A DNA stretch of 64,000 nt from Bacteroidota bacterium (GTDB lineage Bacteria > Bacteroidota > Bacteroidia > Bacteroidales > Paludibacteraceae): contig JAFNAV010000003.1 in the NCBI GenBank assembly GCA_017860345.1, positions 46,106 through 110,105 on the forward strand, in the 5' to 3' direction. This document shows positions 46,873-57,940 of this stretch, piece by piece. The notes beneath the pieces were generated by a model. It worked only from the letters and a program-made list of their open reading frames with translations, was not told the origin of the DNA and did not search any database. Both the position numbers and the translations under genes were made by a program. The first letter of the stretch is position 1; the number at the start of each line of letters is the position of its first letter.

Positions 46873-48879
46873 ATGGAAAATAAGACACCTGAAACCCCCA
46901 ATAAAACCCCGGGAAAAGGTTCAAAATTTAATATAACATGGATTTATGGCCTCATAATACTTGTATTGGTAGGCTCGTACTTTTGGGGTAGTGTGCCACC
47001 AGCCATGGATGTACCTTATTCAACGTTTAAAAATTATGTCCGCAAGGGATATGTAGAAAAAATTGATGTTTTTACCAACAAAAACACTTTAGATGCACGA
47101 ATTAAAAAAGAAGCAGTAAATAGTGTGTTTGGTAAAGATGCTAAACTATATTCCGAGGAACGGACGATAACTGTAGGTATTGGTTCGTTGGAGGATTTCT
47201 CGAAATTTATCGAAGAGGTGAACGTAGCAAAAGCATTTACCGGAGTTGTAGACTATAAAATAAGTAAGAACTATTTCGACTTGTTTATATACAGCATTTT
47301 ACCTTTTGCATTGCTGATATTTTTTGTCATATTCATGAGTCGCCGAATGACGGGTCAGATGGGCGGCGGTGGCGGCGGTATTTTCAATGTAGGAAAATCC
47401 AAAGCGCAGCTATTCGACAAAGGCAATACGGTCAATAAAGTTACTTTTAAGGATGTGGCCGGCCTCTCGGGTGCCAAACAGGAAATAGAGGAAATTGTAT
47501 CGTTCCTGAAAAACCCCTCGAAATATACTGAGTTGGGTGGTAAAATACCTAAAGGTGCTTTACTTGTAGGTCCTCCGGGTACAGGTAAAACCCTGTTGGC
47601 CAAAGCGGTGGCTGGCGAAGCTGATGTGCCGTTTTTCTCAATGTCGGGTTCCGATTTTGTTGAAATGTTTGTGGGCGTGGGAGCATCGCGTGTGCGCGAT
47701 TTATTTCGCCAGGCCAAAGAAAAATCGCCATGTATAATATTTATAGATGAAATAGATGCCGTAGGACGCGCCCGCGGTAAAAATCCGAATATGGGAAGCA
47801 ATGATGAACGTGAAAACACTTTGAATCAGCTGCTTACTGAGATGGATGGATTTGGAACCAACAGTGGTGTAATTATTCTGGCCGCTACCAACCGTGCTGA
47901 TATTCTGGATAAAGCCTTGTTGCGTGCCGGTCGTTTCGACAGACAAATTCATGTTGATTTGCCGGATGTGCATGAGCGCAAACAAATTTTCAACGTTCAT
48001 CTTCGTCCGGTTAAGATTAATGATTCAGTAGATGTCAATTTTCTGGCTAAGCAAACACCCGGATTTTCAGGTGCTGATATTGCCAATGTGTGTAACGAGG
48101 CGGCTTTGATTGCAGCCCGCAAAAATAAAACATTTGTTGAGAAGCAAGACTTTTTGGATGCTGTGGATCGCATCATTGGAGGATTGGAAAAGAAAACAAA
48201 GATTACAACCCAATCGGAAAAGAAATCCATTGCATTTCACGAGGCCGGTCATGCTACCATTAGCTGGATGCTGGAACATGCCAATCCGCTGGTAAAAGTT
48301 ACTATAGTACCCCGTGGCGAGGCCTTGGGTGCAGCTTGGTATTTACCTGAAGAACGTCAGCTCACCAACAGAGATCATATTCTGGATGAGATGTGTGCAA
48401 CCCTTGGAGGGCGCGCTGCCGAGGAGGTATTTCTGAGCCAGAACTCCACCGGAGCAATCAACGACCTTGAAAGGGTTACAAAACGGGCATATGCCATGGT
48501 AGCCTATTTTGGGATGAGCGAGAAACTTCCCAATATGAGTTACTATGACTCCACCGGAAACTCTGATTACGGATTTACCAAGCCTTACAGCGAGAAAACA
48601 GCTGAACTCATTGATGAAGAGGCAAAATCAATAGTGGCGAATGAATATAGCAGAGCCAAGCAAATACTGAAAGATAATGCAGCAGGACACAATCAGCTGG
48701 CCGAATTGCTTATTGAGAAAGAGGTGATATTTGCCGAGGATCTCGAAAAAATATTCGGAAAGCGCCCCTGGACATCCCGTCAGGACGAGTTGATGGCTCA
48801 AAACGAAACCGCAGTGCTTTCAGAAAACACTGAAGAAGATAAACCTGTGGAAGATAAAACCTTACCGGAACAGGCATAG
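46873..48879 (+). CDS. ftsH: ATP-dependent zinc metalloprotease FtsH
   Basis: Two TMs, [19 protein letters not shown] ([20 protein letters not shown]) and HEAGH. Confidence 0.98.
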   Translation: MENKTPETPNKTPGKGSKFNITWIYGLIILVLVGSYFWGSVPPAMDVPYSTFKNYVRKGYVEKIDVFTNKNTLDARIKKEAVNSVFGKDAKLYSEERTITVGIGSLEDFSKFIEEVNVAKAFTGVVDYKISKNYFDLFIYSILPFALLIFFVIFMSRRMTGQMGGGGGGIFNVGKSKAQLFDKGNTVNKVTFKDVAGLSGAKQEIEEIVSFLKNPSKYTELGGKIPKGALLVGPPGTGKTLLAKAVAGEADVPFFSMSGSDFVEMFVGVGASRVRDLFRQAKEKSPCIIFIDEIDAVGRARGKNPNMGSNDERENTLNQLLTEMDGFGTNSGVIILAATNRADILDKALLRAGRFDRQIHVDLPDVHERKQIFNVHLRPVKINDSVDVNFLAKQTPGFSGADIANVCNEAALIAARKNKTFVEKQDFLDAVDRIIGGLEKKTKITTQSEKKSIAFHEAGHATISWMLEHANPLVKVTIVPRGEALGAAWYLPEERQLTNRDHILDEMCATLGGRAAEEVFLSQNSTGAINDLERVTKRAYAMVAYFGMSEKLPNMSYYDSTGNSDYGFTKPYSEKTAELIDEEAKSIVANEYSRAKQILKDNAAGHNQLAELLIEKEVIFAEDLEKIFGKRPWTSRQDELMAQNETAVLSENTEEDKPVEDKTLPEQA

Positions 48880-49005
48880 GTGGAACTGATTCAGTAGTTT
48901 ATGTCTTTTTTAGTCGTAAGCATGTGTCGTCAATAATATGTTACATAGCATGGCTAAAAAACACAATCAGTTGAATTATCTTATTTATCTTTGTAGGTAA
49001 TTTTG

Positions 49006-49048
49006 ATAAAAAGCATAATTAAGCAATCCGAATAATTATGCTTTTTAT
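49006..49048. repeat. Perfect 16-bp inverted repeat in the cdsA leader
   Basis: ataaaaagcataatta, 11-nt spacer, taattatgctttttat; just downstream of TATCTTTG (48986-48993). Confidence 0.75.
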
Positions 49049-49128
49049 TTTGAATAATGGTTGCAATAAAAAACATTGAATGCTAAGGATAATATTGGTG
49101 AAGTTGCAGTCCGACTCAATAAAACTAT

Positions 49129-49962
49129 ATGCTTATGAACGATTTTCTTACCCGTACGCTTAGTGGCTCACTCTTCGTGTTGCTTGTTGTCGGATCAATA
49201 ATTTTAAGTCCATATACATTTCTGGTTGTATTTGCAGCTTTTGCTATGATGTCGGTACGCGAGTTTCACAAGCTTACAAACAAAGCGGGTGAGGTTGAGG
49301 TGAGTATACCGCTGTCAATGGTAGCCAGCGCGCTGTTGTTTGCATCTTCTTTTCTGCATGCTTCTAAGCTTATACATTATCCTGTTTTTGAGGTTTATGG
49401 CTTATTTGTAATCATTGTACTTGTAAGTGAGCTATTCCGCAAAAAAGCAAACTCCATTCATAACTGGGCGTATTTTATTTTAGGACAAATACTTATTGCA
49501 TTGCCGTTTGCCTTGCTCAGTTTTATAGGCCATATCGATCACGTAATGTATAAACCTCTGATACTAATAGCTGTTTTTGTAACAATTTGGGTGAACGATA
49601 CCGGAGCATACCTGTTTGGTATTACTTTTGGAAAGCACCGTTTGTTTGAGCGTATTTCGCCAAAAAAATCGTGGGAAGGCTTTTTTGGCGGAGCTTTAGC
49701 TGCACTTGCTTCGGGTTATGTTTTTTCGCTGTTTATCCCGGAACTATCTTTGTTCGAATGGTTTCTTTTTTCTGAAATAATAGTAATTTCAGGTACATTT
49801 GGTGATTTAATAGAGTCGCTTCTGAAACGAACACTCCACGTGAAGGACTCAGGGAATGCCATACCCGGGCATGGCGGTTTTCTGGACAGATTCGACAGTA
49901 TGTTACTGGCTGCGCCTGTTATTTTCATTTACCTGAGTTTTATTTTTTTGATATATAAATAA
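49129..49962 (+). CDS. cdsA: Phosphatidate cytidylyltransferase
   Basis: WVNDTGAY, ISPKKSWEG, GDLIESLLKR and KDSGNAIPGHGGFLDRFDS. Confidence 0.97.
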   Translation: MLMNDFLTRTLSGSLFVLLVVGSIILSPYTFLVVFAAFAMMSVREFHKLTNKAGEVEVSIPLSMVASALLFASSFLHASKLIHYPVFEVYGLFVIIVLVSELFRKKANSIHNWAYFILGQILIALPFALLSFIGHIDHVMYKPLILIAVFVTIWVNDTGAYLFGITFGKHRLFERISPKKSWEGFFGGALAALASGYVFSLFIPELSLFEWFLFSEIIVISGTFGDLIESLLKRTLHVKDSGNAIPGHGGFLDRFDSMLLAAPVIFIYLSFIFLIYK

Positions 49963-49992
49963 TATCTGCTAACTCTCAATCTCTGTTTTATT

Positions 49993-51144
49993 ATGAAAAG
50001 TAAATTTGATGAAATTCGCTGTTACAGCGATGACGAGATACCGGCTGCCTTGGAAAGACTAAGCTCCGAAAAGCAATTTATGAAAGTGGTAAGCACCGTA
50101 TATCCACTGCTGCCCAAAGAAGTGATTAAGCAACGCTTGGCCGGATTCAATACAGCTTACGAATTTCAAAAGGGATTTATTTATCCGTTTTTGCAGCATA
50201 TTGAGGCTAACCTCACGCGTGGAATAGCTTTCAGAGGGGTTGAGAACATCGATGTTGATACTCCTTATCTTTATATATCAAACCACAGAGATATAATTCT
50301 GGACTCGGCTCTGCTCTGTGCCAAGCTGATAGAAAGAAATATGAATACCGTGGAAATTGCTATTGGCGATAATTTGCTTGTGTTTCCCTGGATTGAAGAA
50401 CTTGTCCGTGTTAATAAAAGTTTTATTGTAAGGAGAGGCCTGAATGTAAGACAAGTACTTGAAAGTTCCCGCTTGCTTTCGGAATACATTGCGTATACCA
50501 TTGCCGAAAAAAAACAATCTATCTGGCTTGCTCAACGCGAAGGACGAGCCAAAGATGCCGATGACCGCACACAGGAAAGTTTGCTTAAAATGCTTGGTAT
50601 GAGCGGCAGTGGCGATTTTATTGAGACTTTGCTCAATCTGAACATCTGTCCGCTAACTATTTCGTACGAGTTTGATCCGTGCGACTACCTGAAGGCGAAA
50701 GAATTTCAGCAAAAAAGAGATAATCCGGACTATAAAAAGCAACCGCAAGACGACCTGATTAATATGCAAACCGGAGTAATGGGGTATAAAGGTGAAGTGG
50801 TTTACACACTGGCTGGCAGCATCAATGCCGGATTGGAAAAGATAGCTGAAGCCGGACTGAATAAAAAAGAACTTCCCACGGCTGTGGCAGAGTTAATCGA
50901 CCGCAAGATTCACAGCAACTATGTTATTTTTGCGATTAATAAGATAGCTTACGACCTGCTTACCGGTACCAATGATTTTGCAAATGAATACTCTGTTATC
51001 GAAAAACTTAATTTTGAAAGTTATCTGGCTAAGCAAATTGAGAAAATAGATTTGCCTGATAAAGATGTGGATTTTCTTATGCGTAAATTGCTCGAGATGT
51101 ATGCCAACCCGCTTAAAAACTATATTAAAGCTACCAGCGTCTGA
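49993..51144 (+). CDS. Glycerolipid acyltransferase (PlsC/LPLAT superfamily)
   Basis: SNHRDIILD (HxxxxD), AIGDNL and AQREGRAKD. Confidence 0.88.
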   Translation: MKSKFDEIRCYSDDEIPAALERLSSEKQFMKVVSTVYPLLPKEVIKQRLAGFNTAYEFQKGFIYPFLQHIEANLTRGIAFRGVENIDVDTPYLYISNHRDIILDSALLCAKLIERNMNTVEIAIGDNLLVFPWIEELVRVNKSFIVRRGLNVRQVLESSRLLSEYIAYTIAEKKQSIWLAQREGRAKDADDRTQESLLKMLGMSGSGDFIETLLNLNICPLTISYEFDPCDYLKAKEFQQKRDNPDYKKQPQDDLINMQTGVMGYKGEVVYTLAGSINAGLEKIAEAGLNKKELPTAVAELIDRKIHSNYVIFAINKIAYDLLTGTNDFANEYSVIEKLNFESYLAKQIEKIDLPDKDVDFLMRKLLEMYANPLKNYIKATSV

Positions 51145-51199
51145 CTTATTTGTAGTAACCCGGTGTGTTGCAATTACAGTTTGGGAGTTAAACTAAAGT

Positions 51200-52084
51200 A
51201 TGAAAAAAAAGATTGTTTTTATAATTAATCCGAAATCCGGAACAAGTAAAAAGGAGCTGATTCCTGAGTTGATATGGAGCGAGCTGGATCAGACTATATT
51301 TGAACCTGAGGTGCTTTTTACCGAGTACAGAGGTCATGGCAGCGAGCTGGCTCGTATGTATGTAAAGGAAGGTGTGGATTATGTTGTGGCTGTGGGAGGT
51401 GATGGTACTGTGAACGAGGTAGCCCGGGAGTTGATTCATTCTGCTACCGCTTTAGGTATTGTGCCTGTAGGCTCGGGCAATGGTTTAGCCCGGCATCTGA
51501 ACATACCCATGAGCCCGCGTAAGGCTATAGAACAGCTTAATCACTCCGAACCAATCTGGATTGACTACGGATTAGTCAACAATCAGCCTTTTTTCTGTAC
51601 CTGTGGCACCGGTTTCGATGCTTATGTAAGTACGGAGTTTGCCAAAGGTAAACATCGGGGCGTGATGTCTTATCTTGAAAAAATAATTACAGGATACTTT
51701 AGCTACAAAACTCAGAATTATCATCTGTTGGGCGATGGTATCGATATCAAGGCATCAGCTTTTGTACTTACTTTTGCCAATGCTTCGCAATGGGGCAACA
51801 ACGCATACATAGCTCCTCAGGCCAGCGTTCAGGATGGGAAAATAGATATTTCCATGATGAGTAGTTTCCCTATCATAGCTATTCCGTCACTTGCGTTACA
51901 GTTGTTTACCAAAACGATTGATAAGGACTTTTTTATGAGTACCCTGCGTGCAAAAGAAGTTACGCTTAAACGCGATGAGCCGGGTCCTTTTCACTACGAC
52001 GGTGAGCCATACGAAGAAGGTACTGAAATTAATATCCGCGTGGTTCCTGATGGTCTGAAAGTGCTTACGCGCAAAAGATTTTAA
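51200..52084 (+). CDS. YegS/DAG-kinase family lipid kinase
   Basis: INPKSG, VGGDGTVNEV, PVGSGNGLAR, GTGFDA and HYDGE. Confidence 0.93.
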   Translation: MKKKIVFIINPKSGTSKKELIPELIWSELDQTIFEPEVLFTEYRGHGSELARMYVKEGVDYVVAVGGDGTVNEVARELIHSATALGIVPVGSGNGLARHLNIPMSPRKAIEQLNHSEPIWIDYGLVNNQPFFCTCGTGFDAYVSTEFAKGKHRGVMSYLEKIITGYFSYKTQNYHLLGDGIDIKASAFVLTFANASQWGNNAYIAPQASVQDGKIDISMMSSFPIIAIPSLALQLFTKTIDKDFFMSTLRAKEVTLKRDEPGPFHYDGEPYEEGTEINIRVVPDGLKVLTRKRF

Positions 52085-52116
52085 TAGACCAGATACATTT
52101 TAGGATATAAAGAAGC

Positions 52117-54204
52117 TTATCTTATAAGCGTAATATATCCTTTTTTCGATTGTTCTTTTCCCAGATAATCGGTGTAGGTAATATAGTAAAAATAGGTGTC
52201 TGCCAGAGCAGGTTTTCCTTCATAAGTTCCATCCCAACCCACAGTACCCGAATATAAAACTTTTCCGTAGCGATTAAGTATTTTACATGAATATCCTACA
52301 CCAAAAACATCGTTTACTCCATCGCCGTTAGGCGAAAACACATTGGCTACAAACGGAACAGACTCAATGTTTTTACTGCTTTCGTAGGTGCAGCCTGCCG
52401 GAGTAGTTACTGTGAGCGTTATGGGGTATAGGGCTGATAATGAGATGTCTGAATAATGAAGAGATGCATTGTTCCCACGAATACTTGTAGCTTTGCTGTT
52501 ATCTACAAAGTTCCAAACGTATTGTGCGCCGCTCATCGGAGTGTTTACAGAGCAGTAAATGGTATTGTGCCTGCTGTCGATGGTGGTAGCCGATACTGTG
52601 AACGTGGTGTCGGGCATCGATTCTTCGGATACTTTGATAACTTTTGTTTTGGAGCATCCCCTTTGATTGAAAGCCGTAAGCGTATAATCTCCCGGTTGGC
52701 TGATAAATGCCGAAGGCGATGTACTTCCGGTACTCCAGACATACGATGTTGCACCCGATGCGGTGAGTGTAACACCGGTGCCATTACAGTAAATAGTATC
52801 GGAGGGAGGTTCGTTGTAGGTCCAATCGGGTTCTTCGGTTATGGTTTTGTAAATTGTATCGGAAATGCAGCCATTGCTCGACCGCCCTATAAGCCATATT
52901 TTACCTCCCGGAGGATGAACTACAATAGAGTCTAATGTACTGCCCGTACTCCATTCGTAGTTAACAGCTCCGTATGCTTTGAGTGTGACCGACTCGCCGG
53001 GGCAATACGTGTCCAATCCGCCAATACCTACTAATGGTGGCGAAAACGACTCAACATCTTTAGTGACCTTAACAGAGCAAAGCGATGGCGGGTTTGTAAG
53101 TTCAAGTGTAACCTGATGCATGCCGGAGGTGCTGAACTTATGCTTCGGATCTTTTTCCGAAGAGGTAGTTCCATCTCCAAAATCCCACAGGTAGCTCAAA
53201 CTCCCTTTAGTAAACGTAGATGCGTTGGTAAATTCTACTTCGTTAGAATGGCAATCGCCCATTTTGTTTTGAAAATCGGCCTGAGGATCAAATCGTTTTA
53301 TGGTAGATGTAAGGGTTATATTACATCCGGTGGCAGAGTGCATGGCGCATGAATAGGTGCTACCTTCGGCAGGATTTGTTACTGTGAGTATTTGCGTTGT
53401 TGCCAGTAATACATTGTTGCTGTCGTACCAGTTATAGGTCTGAAATCCTTCCGGAGCTATCAGTTTAGCATCCTGGTCGGTGGCACAATATTCGGTGGCT
53501 ATGTTTAGTGCCTGACATTCGGCCACCAGATACGCGTACCCGTAATGTCCTTTATGCGTACAATCTGCCGACAGAAATTCTATAGTAATCGTTTGTCCGA
53601 TATAAGGCAGTAGGTTGGCTCCCACGGTTGTCCAGTCGCGCCATAAAACAGGGTCGCTTGTTCCCGATGGAGTGTATGAATTAAAACTGCTGTTGAGCTC
53701 TGCATCCGAAGCAAATACGTCATAGTTGGAGCAGTCGGTTATGATATTCCCGCTTTGGTCGTAAAGCGTGGTTTTAAAGCGTGGCTCTTCCTGCTTCGTA
53801 TGTCCGGATAAGGGGTTGAGCAGTACTACCGCAAACTTATAGGTAAGGAAGCAGTTGAACGAGTCCACCGTAAGAGTATACCTCAGGGTTTGAACGGTTG
53901 TGTTTGCCTCCTCATCCCCTAAACGGGCGGAATATTTATATCCTTTCGGGATTTTTTTCAGTTTATAGTTGGTATTGGCATCGTAGGCAGAGGTGTCGTT
54001 CATAATCGCATGTTTGGTAAAGCCGGCTACTGGGCTGGTCGACTGAACAGATGATATAGTACTGTTGACCCATGTGAAGCCTTGCCAGTTAGTGAAGTTT
54101 CCCAGTTCAAAAGCCAGATTCGTGCAGTATTTGTCGGCTGCACTACCCGCCAGCGGAAGCATTGAGGATACAAATATCAGCAAAATGAGGTGTTTGATTT
54201 TCAT
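52117..54204 (-). CDS. Secreted PKD/Ig-repeat surface protein with T9SS type B (gliding-motility-associated) C-terminal domain
   Basis: Signal peptide; PKD motif YLWDFGDGTTSSEKDPKH; repeated YxWSTG; C-terminal ANVFSPNGDGVNDVF...NRYG...WDG...GYITLIR. Confidence 0.88.
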   Translation of the reverse strand: MKIKHLILLIFVSSMLPLAGSAADKYCTNLAFELGNFTNWQGFTWVNSTISSVQSTSPVAGFTKHAIMNDTSAYDANTNYKLKKIPKGYKYSARLGDEEANTTVQTLRYTLTVDSFNCFLTYKFAVVLLNPLSGHTKQEEPRFKTTLYDQSGNIITDCSNYDVFASDAELNSSFNSYTPSGTSDPVLWRDWTTVGANLLPYIGQTITIEFLSADCTHKGHYGYAYLVAECQALNIATEYCATDQDAKLIAPEGFQTYNWYDSNNVLLATTQILTVTNPAEGSTYSCAMHSATGCNITLTSTIKRFDPQADFQNKMGDCHSNEVEFTNASTFTKGSLSYLWDFGDGTTSSEKDPKHKFSTSGMHQVTLELTNPPSLCSVKVTKDVESFSPPLVGIGGLDTYCPGESVTLKAYGAVNYEWSTGSTLDSIVVHPPGGKIWLIGRSSNGCISDTIYKTITEEPDWTYNEPPSDTIYCNGTGVTLTASGATSYVWSTGSTSPSAFISQPGDYTLTAFNQRGCSKTKVIKVSEESMPDTTFTVSATTIDSRHNTIYCSVNTPMSGAQYVWNFVDNSKATSIRGNNASLHYSDISLSALYPITLTVTTPAGCTYESSKNIESVPFVANVFSPNGDGVNDVFGVGYSCKILNRYGKVLYSGTVGWDGTYEGKPALADTYFYYITYTDYLGKEQSKKGYITLIR

Positions 54205-54327
54205 GTATTTTCTTTGTATAGCCCTGTTTACATACTGTAAAATACAAAAGTAATGATTATTGGAAATAATCTTCTTAAAATCTCGGTTGAATATATTTTT
54301 TTTGAGGTTTTAGCAACCTGAACGCAC

Positions 54328-54363
54328 AAAAAAAGCACTTGTACCGCCGGGATACAAGTGCTT
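54328..54363 (-). terminator. Intrinsic terminator after the M16 protease
   Basis: aagcacttgta/tacaagtgctt 11-bp stem with a U-tract on the minus strand. Confidence 0.8.
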
Positions 54364-54389
54364 ATTGTTAAATTATATGGGAACTACTG

Positions 54390-57156
54390 TTATTTTGCAG
54401 GTTTCATTACCACTTCAATAACATTTCCTTGCGAAACAATTTGTTTTAAAGTGTTTTGAATCAATTCAGGTGTAAGAGCATCTACTGCAGCTTTATATTC
54501 ATCTACCAAATTGATTTTATCTTTGTAATAAAGCTCAATAGCATTGTCCCACCAACCGTTTTCTTCCACATCTTCAGTATATTTCTTCAGCATATTTTCT
54601 TTCACTTTCTGAAGATCATCTTTGCGTGGGCCATTAGCCAGTATTTCGTTAACTTCGGCATGAATGATACCCATCAGTTTTTCCTGTTTTTCAGGGTCGG
54701 TATCAAACTGCATCATTACAACAGCCTCGTTTATAGGAGTGTTGCTTACTGAGCCGCGCACTCCTACACCATAAGAACCACCTTCTTTTTCGCGGATGCT
54801 TTCCAGATAACGCATGTTAAGGATGCTTCCGATAGCGGTAACTGTTGTACGGTTTTGTATATTATAAGGCATAGCCCCGCTGTAAATAATATAGTTCGAC
54901 GCTGTTTTTACCTGCATTTCTTTGGTAAAGTAGTTGTTTACTTTGCCTTTAGGTTTTCTAATGTTATTGTCGGTATATTTTTCTTTCAGTTTTTTAGTTT
55001 TTATCCCACCCAGATAAGTGCTGATTGCTTGTTTTACATGAGCATCCGAAGCATCTATGTTACCTGTAAAGATAAATGTGAAATCCGAAGGATCGGCAAA
55101 ACGTGCTTTAAAAATAGCCAGCGCTTTATCCTGATCTACCTTGTCAATCATTCCGGCCGATAATAATATTGTACGCGGATTATGACTCGTAACGGTCATA
55201 TTTATACTGTCGGTGAAGGCCTTGCGTGGGTCAGTTGCAGTGTTTGCTAAGCTTGCTTTGTACATGTTTATAAGCGCTTTGTACGCATTGTCATCTTTGC
55301 GGGGCGCAGTGAAGTACAGATACACAAGCTGGAGCATGGTCTCAAAATCTTTCACCGATGAATTTCCGCCCAATCCTTCTTCGTACGAGCTGATATAAGG
55401 ACTTACCGAAGCTATTTTTCCGGTCAGGATTTTTGTAAGATCAATCTGAGAAAAATCTCCCAAACCATTGTTGCTTATAATGTTCGAGGCCAGAGTACCA
55501 TTAAGCAAATCAGCGGTATTTACCTTTGATAATCCACCTTCGCTAAACGCGCTAAGTAAGATTTCGTCCTGTTTAAACTTGGTAGGTTTGTTTGGCATTC
55601 TGAGCTACTTTTTTTACTGTTCCGGCTTTAGGTGCTTTGTTAATCAGTGGTTTGTTGAAATCTTCTTCGGCTTTTGCCTGAAGTTCAGCTTTAGCGCTGT
55701 TAGCAATAGCTTTCAGTATTTCTTCTTTCGATGGCAGTTTTACAGCTTCTTTTTCGGGAGCAGTAATAGATACAATCAGGTTAGTGTCAGTTATATACGA
55801 TTTAGCTATCTGGTTGATTAAGTCAGCTTTTAAGTTTGGAAGTAGCATCTGTAGAGTTTGATATTCCCATTCTATTCCAGGTATTACTTCCTGGTACAGG
55901 AAATTACGGGTGTACTCTTCTACTAAGTCGTTATTTTTTTGATTTTCTCTCTCGTTATAAGATTTTTCAATTTGTTTTAAAAGGTCAGTTTTGGCTCGTT
56001 CAATTTCAGAATTGGTAAACCCAAAACGTTTTACCTTCTGAGCTTCGAGCAGAACAGCGTTCAAACCTTCCATTTCTTTGCCTTCGCTGGGTACGGCCAG
56101 CAATTTGAAAGCATCTTTCGACTTAACAAGCTGACCATAAAAAGCGTAACCGCCTACAAAAGGAGCGTTGGCTTGTTGGGTAATTTCGTCGAAACGATAA
56201 CCCATGATTGAAGAAATTAAGTTATTAACAATCCCGATGGCATAGCCCTGTATGGTAGCTTTAACCTGTGCAGGCAATACATCGTGTTTGTAGTTAAGTT
56301 CAATTCGTGTTAGCCGGGCTTCTTTGTCGGTTACTACGGATACGATGGGCTCAGCATTATTGTAAATCTCATAAACAGGGCGCTCACCTGCATTCGGTTT
56401 GGCTTTGATGTCGGCAAACATGGTTTTAATCTTGGCTTCAACTTTATCCACGTCTATGTCGCCAACAATCAGGATGGCCTGTTGATCTGGACGATACCAT
56501 TTGTGGTAATAGTCGCGTAATGTTTTGTAACTGAAGTTGTTGATAACGGCAGTGTCGCCAATTATATCGCGTTTAGCATATTGCGATCCGGGATATTTTA
56601 GTTTGTTGCTCTCTTTCCACATACGACGGTCGGCACCGGCTCCCGTACGCCACTCCTCACGTATTACACCGCGCTCAGAGTCAATTTCTTCATCAAGTAA
56701 CGATACAAAACCAGACCAGTCGTGCAGTACCAGCAAGGCGCTGTCTACAATTGACTCGCGATAGGTAGGTACATCGGAGAGGTTGTAAACCGTTTCGTCG
56801 AGCGAGGTGTAGGCATTGATGTTGGCGCCGAATTTTACCCCTATTTTTTCAAAATAATTGATAATACCTTTGCCGGGGAAATTTTTGGTACCATTAAAGC
56901 ACATGTGTTCCAGAAAGTGAGCCAACCCGTTTTGGTCGTCGTTTTCTAAAATAGCTCCTACATTTTGAGCAATATAAAACTCAGCCCTTTCTTTAGGTAG
57001 TTTGTTTGCTCTGATGTAATAGGTGAGTCCATTGTCTAATTTTCCATAGCGGACTTTTGGGTCAATGGGTACCGGTGGCGCTTGCTGCGCCGACGTGCTA
57101 ACAAATATTGAAAGCAAAATAAGCGGTACAAAAATTTTCTGAAGAAGATTTTTCAT
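54390..57156 (-). pseudogene. M16 (PqqL-like) zinc protease split into two ORFs (57156-55573 and 55598-54390) by an apparent internal deletion/frameshift
   Basis: The N-terminal half has GLAHFLEHMCFNG (HxxEH) and NAYTSLDETVY. The C-terminal half begins KPTKFKQDEI and contains REKEGGSY. The usual TEWTLSNGxxV segment is absent at the junction (~55590). May be an assembly error. Confidence 0.75.
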
Positions 57157-57383
57157 TGTTCTTTGTTTTTTTAATTTGTAGAAATTTTTTTTGAAGAAAG
57201 CAATTATTAAAATGCAAATTAAGAGATATTTTCCCAAATATCAAAATTTTATTATTGTTTTTCGATAAAAAAAAGTTAATTACGCATATCACTTTTTTCA
57301 TCTGATTTATTTACATTTTATGCAGAAGAATTATTTAATTGTATTTTTGCAGTTTCATTTCAAATAAAACAGAAGTAAATATT

Positions 57384-57875
57384 ATGTCAGAAGAGTTACA
57401 CATATCTCAGGGCGCGGATAAAAAACGCGTGTACGAAGAGCTTATCCCTCAAATTGAGGCTTTAATAGAGCCCGAGGCCGATTTTGTTGCCAATATGGCT
57501 AATGTAAGTGCAGCGCTTCGTCAAACATTTGGTTGGTGGTGGGTAGGCTTTTATCTCGTACGTAACAACGAGCTTGTACTTGGTCCTTTTCAGGGGCCTA
57601 TTGCCTGTACCCGTATAAAATATGGGCGCGGGGTTTGTGGTACAGCATGGAAAGAGTCCAAAAGCATCTTGGTGCCCGATGTAGAGCTTTTTCCCGGACA
57701 CATTGCGTGTAGCAGTCTTTCGGTTTCGGAGATAGTGGTTCTTTTACGCAGTTCCGATGGTAAAGTAGTGGGAGTGATTGACGTTGACAGCGAACGATAT
57801 GACGTTCTTGATGAATGTGATGTGCTTTATCTGGAAAAAATAAGCGAAATTATTTCGGCTAAATTTCTTGCCTGA
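57384..57875 (+). CDS. msrC: GAF-domain free methionine-R-sulfoxide reductase
   Basis: WVGFY, LGPFQGPIACTRI, GRGVCG, HIAC, SEIV and DVDS. Start at MSEEL (57384). Confidence 0.92.
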   Translation: MSEELHISQGADKKRVYEELIPQIEALIEPEADFVANMANVSAALRQTFGWWWVGFYLVRNNELVLGPFQGPIACTRIKYGRGVCGTAWKESKSILVPDVELFPGHIACSSLSVSEIVVLLRSSDGKVVGVIDVDSERYDVLDECDVLYLEKISEIISAKFLA

Positions 57876-57899
57876 AACTGCTGTATTATAAGTAAATAT

Positions 57900-57936
57900 G
57901 CTGTCCGCTTTCGGAAACAGGCCGAAAGCGGACAGC
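57900..57936. terminator. 15-bp perfect hairpin between convergent msrC and acyl-CoA ligase genes
   Basis: gctgtccgctttcgg-aaacagg-ccgaaagcggacagc. Confidence 0.75.
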
Positions 57937-57940
57937 TGTT

